Part shown: piece by piece, positions 17,801 to 24,368 of the stretch
Position numbering within the stretch: position 1 is the first letter of the stretch
Layout of the letters: every line of letters starts with the position of its first letter
Assembly (NCBI GenBank): GCA_020724725.1
Contig: DYGL01000002.1
Span: 1 to 57,020 of the forward strand
Direction of reading: 5' to 3'
DNA: 57,020 nt
Source: Candidatus Microgenomatus sp.
Lineage (GTDB): Bacteria > Patescibacteriota > Microgenomatia > UBA1400 > PJMF01
Notes under the pieces: generated by a model
What the model was told of the DNA's origin: nothing
The model's input: only the letters and a program-made list of their open reading frames with translations
The model's database searches: none
Position numbers and translations under genes: made by a program

Positions 17801-20800
17801 CCCCAGTGGCAGATCTTGTGCTGATGCAGTGATGTATAGCGTCTCAAGTTTAACTAGTACCACTGCCGTACTCACTTCTTCTCCTGCTACTCCTTCATGT
17901 TTAGCTCCCAATGATGAAGTCTTACTAATTAACTTGGCTGGAGATAACACTTCGGTCACTAATGTGGGTAATTATGAAACCTTAAGAGTGGAATCTGTGG
18001 TGGGTAGTACCGTAACCTTTAAGACTGCCAAGACTAGATGGTATGGAAGAGGAGCAAGTGATGACACCGGTATCGGTACAACTGAAGGCACGCAAAGAGT
18101 AATGCTACAAAGAGTGCCTAACTACGTCAATGTAACTGTTAATAACGGTGGCTACTTGGTTCCTTCTGCTTGGAATGGTGCTACTGGAGGTGTAATGTTC
18201 TTTAGAGCCACTGGGACTGTATCTGTGGCTGGTGGTGGATATATTCACACCAATGGTATGGGATACCGAGGTGGCGGTTACTTTGGAGCTTGGTATGGTG
18301 GCGTAGGCGGTGAATCAATGTGGGCAGACAACGTCTATGGTGGTGATGGTGTTGAAGGTGGTGGCATGGGTGGCTATTACAATGCTGGAGGTGGATACAC
18401 TCCATACGGTGGTGGTGGAGGTGGTGGTGGTGCCAGAGGTCATGATTCACCTGCAATTGGAGCTGGTTCTGCTGGTACTACTACAAGAGGTGGTGCCGGA
18501 GGTGGTGGAGGTGGAACACATTCTACTAACAATTCTTATCACGCTCGTGGAGGAGGTGGAGGTGGTGGAGGTGGTGGAGGTGGAGCTGGTGGAGGTGGTG
18601 TAGCTTGGGGAAACAACGGTGCTGCTGGAGGTGTGGATGCTAGTGGTAATGGTGGTAATGGTTACGCTCCAGATCATGCAGGAGGTGGTGGAGGTGGTGG
18701 TGGTGGAAGAATTACTACTCCAAATAATCTTACTCAGCTCAGATTTGGCTCTGGTGGTGGAGGTGGTGGAAACGGTGAAGTTTATCAAGTCCAATACACT
18801 GGAGGAGCTGGAGGAAGTGGTGGTGGTGTTGTGTATATTGCTGCCAACACCATTAGTAATAGCGGATATATATTAAGCAACGGAGGTGCTGGTGCAGCAG
18901 AATCTTGTCATAGTAGCAATTGGTGTGGAGGTGGTGGAGGTGGTGGAGCTGGTGGCTCAGTAAAACTTGTTGCCAACACCATGACTATTGGAGCTAGTTT
19001 GGTACAAGCTGCTGGAGCTGGTGGTGGTGGAACCTACTGGGTTGGAGGAGCTGGAGGAAGTGGGAAGATTGCGATCTACTCTGCTGGAGCTGTTAGTGGA
19101 ACAAGTTCACCCACCTATTCTCCATTAAGCTTGGAATACGCTAATTACGCCATTTTCACCTCCAAAGAAATCGCTACTCCAGATGCTACTGCTTACAACA
19201 CCATTGCTTGGTCTGAAGATTTAGATACCAATGGCGAGATTCAGATTCAAACCAGATCTGGAGCAAGCTCTAATTCTACAGATGGAACTTGGGAGGCTTG
19301 GAAACCAGTGGTGAATGGGACGAATGAACTCTTAGTTGATTCCTTAGACGACCATACTAGTTGGACTGGCGCCAATGTGACCATGGCTGAAGGAGATGTT
19401 GCGCGTAATGTCGATTACTATGAAGATGAAGATGAAGCAACTGTTGGCAACACTGCCAAAGGTACAGCTACAGCAGCTAACGGCACCATTACCAAAGCCA
19501 TTACTAGTACCAACCTTTCTAGCTACAGATACCTTTCCTTCTGGGTACGTTCTTCTGTGGCTGGTGAAAGTATTAAGCTAAGATTTACCAATAACGTCAC
19601 TAATAATGAGAAGGCCTTCTACATCGAAACTGCCAACGTCTGGCAGAAAGTTTACTGGGACATCTCTGGATACACTAGAAATGATGTCAATAATTTGAGA
19701 TTTACCGTCGTGCCTAATGGAGCGATTGTGCGCTTGGATAACATTGAGGCTGGTAACTACCTGAGCACCAACTCTGGCTCAACCATTACTTCCACCGCCA
19801 ATGAATATATTCAATATCGCGCCATCTTGACTACCACTAGTGAACTTAATTCACCTACTCTTGGAGAAGTGACTATTAATATTACTGATCTAAGTGGTAG
19901 TAGAAACATTTTGGACAATGTAGCCAACCAAAACACCGTCGATATTTACAACCAAAACAGTCGCGTTAATTTAACCACCAAAGAATTGGATAATATCAAA
20001 TCAAGTCAGATTCTTAAAAAATTTGACAGTGTTACTCAGTCTGGTGGAATTGACTCAGGCACTGGCGCTGATGGCTCTATCACCATTACTGGTTCAATCA
20101 ACTACAACACTCAAGAAGCTATTAGCGGTCGAGATTGTCTGGAGGGAGGCGATGCGCCAAATTATAATGTTTTAAGTTTAACCACCAACACCGCCACTCT
20201 TAATTATGCTCCTTCTACCCCCTCATGTTTGGCTCCTGGAGATGAAATCCTTCTCATCAACCTAATGGGAGACAACACTTCAGTCGAAAACGTTGGCAAT
20301 TATGAGACTCTTAGAATTGAATCTGTAAATGGCACCACTGTGACCTTCAAAACTGCTAAGACTAGATGGTACGGCCGTGGTGCTAACGATGACTCGGGAC
20401 TCGGAACTACTGAAGGCACGCAAAGAGTAATGCTACAAAGAGTGCCTAACTACGAGAATGTAACAGTTAATAACGGTGGCTACTTGGTTCCTTCTGCTTG
20501 GAATGGGGTTCGTAATGGCGTGATGTTCTTTAGAGCAACCGGCATAGTCTCTGTAGCTGGTGGCGGATACATTCATGCTGGAGGATTGGGATATCGCGGA
20601 GGTGGTTATTATTCATCTTGGTATGGCGGTGTGGGTGGTGAATCAATGTGGGCAGACAGCACCTACGATGGCGTTAACTTTACCGGTGGAGGTATGGGCG
20701 GCTACTACAACGGAGGTGGTGGTTACACTGCACGTGGTGGTGGAGGTGGTGGTGGTGGCGCCAGAGGTCATGATTCACCTTCTGCTGGAGGCGGTTCTGC

Positions 20801-23800
20801 TGGTACTACTACAAGAGGTGGTGCTGGTGGAGGTGGCGGTGGAACGCACTCTACAAATAACACCTACCATTCTCGCGGTGGAGGTGGTGGCGGTGGAGGC
20901 TATGGTAGTGCTGGCGCTGGTGGAGGTGCCTGGGGCTACAATGGCGGAAATGGAAGCTTAGATGCTAGCGGCAATGGTGGAAGTGGTTATGTTCCAGATC
21001 ATGCAGGAGGTGGTGGCGGTGGTGGAGGTGGAGCAATTACTACTCCAGATGATTTGTCTAAATTAAGGTTTGGCTCAGGTGGAGGTGGTGGCGGCAATGG
21101 TGAAGTTTATCAGGTGGAATATGCTGGTGGAGCTGGAGGAAGTGGTGGTGGAATTGTTTATATCGCAGCTAACAACATCAGTAACGGTGGCAGTATAAAT
21201 GCAAATGGAGCCAGTGGTGCAGCAGAATCTTGTCATAGTAGTAATTGGTGTGGAGGTGGTGGAGGTGGCGGAGCTGGTGGCTCAGTAAAACTTGTTGCCA
21301 ACTCCATGACTATTGGAGCTAGTTTAGTAAGAGCTGGAGGAGGATCTGGTGGCGGTTCATACTGGATTGGAGGCACAGGCGGTGTCGGTAAAGTCGCTAT
21401 CCACTACTCTGACTCTGTTTCCGGTACTACCTACCCCACTTATCAAGCAGCTGAAGTGCCCAGCTATCACTACTCCATGATGATTTCTGATGAAATTCCA
21501 ACTGCCAACGCTGTCAGTTATGACAAGTTGCGCTGGACTGCTGATCTAGATGACTTTGGTCTGATTACCTTCCAAACTCGCTCCGGACCAACGGACAACT
21601 CTACTGACAATTCTTGGGAGGCTTGGAAACCAGCTGTGGCTAGCACTAATTATTTGACACTAGATAATGCCAATACTCACACTAGCTGGACCAGCACTGC
21701 TGCCACTCTTACTGTTAATGATGGTGATGTGACTAGAGATGTCGATTTCTTTGAAGATGAGGATGAAAGCACTGCTGGCAACGCCACCAAATTGATAATT
21801 AGCTCCAATAATGTCGGTGTTGCGGAGCGCAACATTGGCTCTGCCAACCTGACCAACTACGATTACATCACTTTCTGGGTCTACTCTAGTCGTAGTGGCG
21901 ATAGCATCACCTTGGGTTTTGGTGAAGATCAGGCAGATGAACACGAACAGATGTTCTACATCGAATCGGTTAACACTTGGCAAAAGGTTTACTTTGACAT
22001 CAGCAAAGTACCTAGCCACGAAAAAGATGGGGTGAAGTATTTGCGCATTACACCAACCTACAGCACCAGTTCTTACAACCTCTATTTTGACAACATACAA
22101 GCGGAAAAACTGATGACTGATCCGGCTGGCTCAACCATCGCCTCCAAGCCAAATGAGTATGTTCAATACCGCGCCATCTTAACCAGCACCAAAGATGGTC
22201 ACCACCCCACCCTCTACAACGTCAATCTAGACTGGAACAATGGCTTTAAAGTTGAACAAACCGACTCCAACACCGTTCGCCTCTACAACTACACTGGCGA
22301 CGAACAAAACATGCGCCTTGATGTGATTGTCTTTGGTGCTGACTTGGCTGAGTGGTACACAGTCGAAGATGCCAGCATTGGCCCAGCTGACCTAGTTGCT
22401 ATCACTGGTGAGATGGATGAGTACGGCGTGCCAATTCTGCGCAAGGCAGTTAAGAGCAATGATCCAATGTTAGTCGGTGTCATTTCTACTCAAGCTGGCC
22501 AAGAACTTGGCATTAAAGCAGACAACCGTCGCCTCCTTGCTCTAGATGGTCGTGTGCCGGTCAAAATTGATCCAAGCAGTCCTGCTTTTGAAAAAGGCGA
22601 CCATCTCACTTCTTCTGGTAAACCAGGTTTAGCACGCAAAGCAAAAACCGGAGAACTCAGCATTGGTCGTTCTTTTGAAGCTTGGAAGCCAAATGTTGGT
22701 CAAGAAAAAGTTTTGGTCTTGGTCAACGATGCCATGTCTACTCCATCCTTCAGCGAACAATTAGTTGATGGCGTAGTTGAAATTTCCGATTTGCTCAACC
22801 TCAAGATTCAAGATGGCTGGGAAGTCGTCAATTATGGCACTGGCGAAAGTGTTAAGTCTGCTGCAGCTCTGGCTCAGGCCATTATTGGTCGACTCAAAGC
22901 TGGTCAAATCGAAGTTCAAGAAATCAAAGCTCCAGAAGGAGAAAAGCTAAGTCTGGAAGGTAGCAACATCGCTATCCAGCTTAATGATCAGGAAGCCTCT
23001 GGCAGCACTTCTCTGGGTAAATTGATTATTCAAAATCAAGATGGCCAAACCGTAGCCAGTTTCGATAGTGAAGGCAACGCTTTCATTAGCGGCGATCTGG
23101 ACGTAGAAGGTATTAGTCGCCTTGGTCAACTTCTCAGTAATGAAGCAAGTGTTTCTAGTCTCTTGGCTGAAAACGCTACCGTCTCTGGAGAATTAATTGC
23201 CGGTCGCGTCGAAGCTGAATCAGCTCGCCTTGATTTCATCGAAGGCAAATTAGCTGAACTCGAAAACGCCACCGTCTCTGGCACTCTCTACGCCAACAAT
23301 ATCGAGGCCAATAACATTAATGCTAATGTCATCAGCGGTCTCCAAGAACGACTGACCGGTCAGATTGAAAAAACCCTCAGTGAACCAAGCTTACTAGCCA
23401 GTCTCTTTGGCGAATCTACTCGTCAAACTGAAGAATACTTAGAGCAACTGATGGCAGAAATCAACCAAAATACAAATTCAGCAGATTCGACGACTACTGA
23501 GTTGTCAGACTTAGAAGAAGAAACTCAAGATCTGACTTTAATCGCCGAAAGTGCCTACGTAAATGACTACTTTGAGGTCAACGGCAACGCCATGATCGCC
23601 AATTCTCTCAAGTTAGGTCAAAATTTAATGGTTGGCGAAGGCTTGGTCTTGAGTGAAAACTTCATCAGCTATCAGCCAGACTTTAGTCAAGATTTGGAAC
23701 GCGATCCAAATGATTTCACTTTCTCTATTCAACCAACTGGCATGGGCAAGCTCTCCTTGATGGCTGACTTAATGCAACTTGATGGCCAAGGCTTTGTCAG

Positions 23801-24368
23801 TATCAATGGCGACCTGAGAGTGGCTGGTGTGCTTGATGTTGAAGATGACTTAAAAGTCAAAGATACTCTTTTGACCAACCTCATCAGTAGCAATAAGCCA
23901 GGAGAAAATATTAAGGTTCAATTAGCCTCTCTCGAGACCAATGAAGACTCACTTGAGGGTGGAGATTTGATGGTGGCTCGCAGTAATTTCGAGTTTATTG
24001 ATGAAAACCAAACTCCAGTGGCTAGTTTCTCAGCCACTGGAGACCTATCTCTAATTGGTTCCTTACGTCTAGGTCAGGCTCTAGAGATAGCCAGCGATTC
24101 TGGCGAACTAGTTAACAACCGTAGCGCTGGTCAAGCGATGATGCCAGCTGGTAGCACTGAGATAACGATCAGTAGTGATAGAGTTGAAGCAGGCAGCATG
24201 ATTTACATCACCCCTCTCAACTCTACCAATAACCAAGTTTTGTACGTCAAAAACAAGATGACCGACAGTCCTTTTACTCCTGAAAATGAAGCTCAATTCA
24301 CAGTAGCAATCGATTACGCGCTCGGTCATAATGTAACTTTCAACTGGTGGATTATTCAGCTTAACTAA
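11808..24368 (+). CDS. giant membrane-anchored surface fibre-like protein (4,186 aa): N-terminal integrase SAM-like domain, TM helix, tail-fibre-like repeats, three glycine-rich/beta-sandwich modules, peptidase-G2-like segment
   Basis: Uninterrupted 12.6-kb ORF. Domains by position:
- 11973-12230: XerC/D-type core-binding pattern.
- 12405-12470: TM helix LFILLNILALFLFLGGLAYFAY.
- Further in: repeats of the form GNVGIGxxxPxxKLxV.
- 15456-22240: three ~760-aa modules.
- 22338-22690: segment ADLAEWY...LVGVIS...LDGRVPVKI. Confidence 0.9.
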   Translation: MPAKIPKPTIFAKATEAKNGFLQTVSDLAKQNEVKNDTAKTQKAAPHQLNRSNNVQEHLKDYLLAVKQTGCSNSTIRNYKSDINQFFEFCENESLEELRSKPKLLAFAHYQRDKGLKESSIKRKLVSLTQFKIWLKDQGLLNSEIPLSPLTKNAQKELNDEAERKIIDNYSAKALVNEAKETPNPEEKKTKERQKPRSRLFILLNILALFLFLGGLAYFAYQQFGQAIISMAYPSTPVEPNRILSYQGRLTDTAQNPISIPTQMTYSLYDADTGGTLLWASNTCTVDPDQDGIFNANLGAGSGTGADNENCGGAIDESVFTENANVWLEVAVGAETLTPRQPLRTVAYAVNSSTLQGLPPAEIATNSTILMMNAAGEVVLGTDNPVIKAATTSSGLTIEANQILIQTYAGSNGDIILDPDGSGIVDIQSDASVSGDTTLIGNVYISSPNSLIFGGTTALGEITSPTDSGAYLIGVNDQFTYSNSTNVQGVLFDLDDSINDLVTGAIGVWTDSGTLTYLTSTSDDFAVGGNSLAGAFSVDVSDNAVRIGSGATTNASLNLYASDGDTGALTYTTDDAFVFSGGDLALAASSYLNWGSTIGSTGYGLRDNAGTLQFKNSSGTWENIGSGSGSGDSFWLETAGALYAANPTLDLLIGGSATNSAKFAFTNIASGTPTFSMANQASALDLIDSTVNALNIEGGLMSFDTSNSRVGIGTTTPGALLSLAAATTSNAQLNLASSGGTDPSSLVTGDLWWDGTSLNFYDGSSTNDLLAGGSSLWVDAGTYIYPAGGLPIGNPTSGGTNKISGLYMADSGPLYFGTDNDVNFSFTGSTLSTTLGTNAWNIANDLLFLDGSGNRIGVGTNSPLATLDVRALDTDVAVASFSGSTNLATLIIDQTGSGDLFTASASGVTQFVITNGGNVGIGVADPTSKLQIGGASSTISNSSGDITIDAASNNISLAGDNLINVGNGLFAGSVGINTTTPDRRLEIVDASSPQLRLTQTEGSIYADFNMNSNGDLVMNVDGITNQFVLDNGGNVGIGLSNPDEKLTVNGSINAEKYYDFTNKNYFLDPAAVSTSLKTAGDAHVGGDVYVEGGEIFFTPMSFSTSTTEGTLYYDDDVDHLYLYDGNSTWHRVALDMTKYSTDGTISNQDYLQIAHNQNSNDLTFTVWVRDKITNLWRKIDPTSSSVDHDLSNEFNPEFTQKEKVSEIKLQYKENNLGTGADGSITISGTTNLNTQFPSGRSCADAVMYSVSSLTSTTAVLTSSPATPSCLAPNDEVLLINLAGDNTSVTNVGNYETLRVESVVGSTVTFKTAKTRWYGRGASDDTGIGTTEGTQRVMLQRVPNYVNVTVNNGGYLVPSAWNGATGGVMFFRATGTVSVAGGGYIHTNGMGYRGGGYFGAWYGGVGGESMWADNVYGGDGVEGGGMGGYYNAGGGYTPYGGGGGGGGARGHDSPAIGAGSAGTTTRGGAGGGGGGTHSTNNSYHARGGGGGGGGGGGGAGGGGVAWGNNGAAGGVDASGNGGNGYAPDHAGGGGGGGGGRITTPNNLTQLRFGSGGGGGGNGEVYQVQYTGGAGGSGGGVVYIAANTISNSGYILSNGGAGAAESCHSSNWCGGGGGGGAGGSVKLVANTMTIGASLVQAAGAGGGGTYWVGGAGGSGKIAIYSAGAVSGTSSPTYSPLSLEYANYAIFTSKEIATPDATAYNTIAWSEDLDTNGEIQIQTRSGASSNSTDGTWEAWKPVVNGTNEISLESANNHASWTTSTATTYEGDILRYVKTFEDENETNSANLTKVAFAGSGNAYIESTFSSQNLTNYDYITVWVRGSASGETLKLGIGEAAGNEQEETVFIDQANVWQKVYWDITDISSGSKDAITKLRVTGTTPGTTFYVDNAKAARYLTTNTGSTVYSTADEYFQYRVILSTTNVLNSPSISQIRLNLTTSTNGTFNMDVDQVGLIDQQDNTDSSIRNKEPITLDRRLYDTGTGADGSITISGTTNLNTQFPSGRSCADAVMYSVSSLTSTTAVLTSSPATPSCLAPNDEVLLINLAGDNTSVTNVGNYETLRVESVVGSTVTFKTAKTRWYGRGASDDTGIGTTEGTQRVMLQRVPNYVNVTVNNGGYLVPSAWNGATGGVMFFRATGTVSVAGGGYIHTNGMGYRGGGYFGAWYGGVGGESMWADNVYGGDGVEGGGMGGYYNAGGGYTPYGGGGGGGGARGHDSPAIGAGSAGTTTRGGAGGGGGGTHSTNNSYHARGGGGGGGGGGGGAGGGGVAWGNNGAAGGVDASGNGGNGYAPDHAGGGGGGGGGRITTPNNLTQLRFGSGGGGGGNGEVYQVQYTGGAGGSGGGVVYIAANTISNSGYILSNGGAGAAESCHSSNWCGGGGGGGAGGSVKLVANTMTIGASLVQAAGAGGGGTYWVGGAGGSGKIAIYSAGAVSGTSSPTYSPLSLEYANYAIFTSKEIATPDATAYNTIAWSEDLDTNGEIQIQTRSGASSNSTDGTWEAWKPVVNGTNELLVDSLDDHTSWTGANVTMAEGDVARNVDYYEDEDEATVGNTAKGTATAANGTITKAITSTNLSSYRYLSFWVRSSVAGESIKLRFTNNVTNNEKAFYIETANVWQKVYWDISGYTRNDVNNLRFTVVPNGAIVRLDNIEAGNYLSTNSGSTITSTANEYIQYRAILTTTSELNSPTLGEVTINITDLSGSRNILDNVANQNTVDIYNQNSRVNLTTKELDNIKSSQILKKFDSVTQSGGIDSGTGADGSITITGSINYNTQEAISGRDCLEGGDAPNYNVLSLTTNTATLNYAPSTPSCLAPGDEILLINLMGDNTSVENVGNYETLRIESVNGTTVTFKTAKTRWYGRGANDDSGLGTTEGTQRVMLQRVPNYENVTVNNGGYLVPSAWNGVRNGVMFFRATGIVSVAGGGYIHAGGLGYRGGGYYSSWYGGVGGESMWADSTYDGVNFTGGGMGGYYNGGGGYTARGGGGGGGGARGHDSPSAGGGSAGTTTRGGAGGGGGGTHSTNNTYHSRGGGGGGGGYGSAGAGGGAWGYNGGNGSLDASGNGGSGYVPDHAGGGGGGGGGAITTPDDLSKLRFGSGGGGGGNGEVYQVEYAGGAGGSGGGIVYIAANNISNGGSINANGASGAAESCHSSNWCGGGGGGGAGGSVKLVANSMTIGASLVRAGGGSGGGSYWIGGTGGVGKVAIHYSDSVSGTTYPTYQAAEVPSYHYSMMISDEIPTANAVSYDKLRWTADLDDFGLITFQTRSGPTDNSTDNSWEAWKPAVASTNYLTLDNANTHTSWTSTAATLTVNDGDVTRDVDFFEDEDESTAGNATKLIISSNNVGVAERNIGSANLTNYDYITFWVYSSRSGDSITLGFGEDQADEHEQMFYIESVNTWQKVYFDISKVPSHEKDGVKYLRITPTYSTSSYNLYFDNIQAEKLMTDPAGSTIASKPNEYVQYRAILTSTKDGHHPTLYNVNLDWNNGFKVEQTDSNTVRLYNYTGDEQNMRLDVIVFGADLAEWYTVEDASIGPADLVAITGEMDEYGVPILRKAVKSNDPMLVGVISTQAGQELGIKADNRRLLALDGRVPVKIDPSSPAFEKGDHLTSSGKPGLARKAKTGELSIGRSFEAWKPNVGQEKVLVLVNDAMSTPSFSEQLVDGVVEISDLLNLKIQDGWEVVNYGTGESVKSAAALAQAIIGRLKAGQIEVQEIKAPEGEKLSLEGSNIAIQLNDQEASGSTSLGKLIIQNQDGQTVASFDSEGNAFISGDLDVEGISRLGQLLSNEASVSSLLAENATVSGELIAGRVEAESARLDFIEGKLAELENATVSGTLYANNIEANNINANVISGLQERLTGQIEKTLSEPSLLASLFGESTRQTEEYLEQLMAEINQNTNSADSTTTELSDLEEETQDLTLIAESAYVNDYFEVNGNAMIANSLKLGQNLMVGEGLVLSENFISYQPDFSQDLERDPNDFTFSIQPTGMGKLSLMADLMQLDGQGFVSINGDLRVAGVLDVEDDLKVKDTLLTNLISSNKPGENIKVQLASLETNEDSLEGGDLMVARSNFEFIDENQTPVASFSATGDLSLIGSLRLGQALEIASDSGELVNNRSAGQAMMPAGSTEITISSDRVEAGSMIYITPLNSTNNQVLYVKNKMTDSPFTPENEAQFTVAIDYALGHNVTFNWWIIQLN
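15456..22240 (+). repeat. three tandem ~2.3-kb coding modules inside giant gene 1 (R1 15456-17741, R2 17742-20058, R3 20059-~22240)
   Basis: R1 and R2 appear nucleotide-identical over 15456-16999 = 17742-19285 (offset 2286), spot-checked in several 60-nt blocks. The track also shows identical alternate-frame ORFs at this offset. R3 is a diverged copy with the same protein architecture. Confidence 0.9.

Noticed and set aside
15456-22240. The large tandem repeats as a CRISPR array or as DGR template/variable repeats.
   Set aside because: The units are 2.3 kb and lie in frame inside a CDS, whereas CRISPR has 25-40-nt repeats with spacers. No reverse transcriptase ORF is in the window. Differences between copies are not adenine-specific: copies are either perfect or diverged at all bases.
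11808-24368. Tail-fibre-like repeats, the glycine-rich adhesin-like domains and the peptidase-G2-like segment as evidence for a prophage tail module.
   Set aside because: The window has no capsid, terminase, portal, baseplate or lysis genes. The protein has an N-terminal membrane anchor and housekeeping neighbours. A cellular protein using phage-like fibre domains explains it better.
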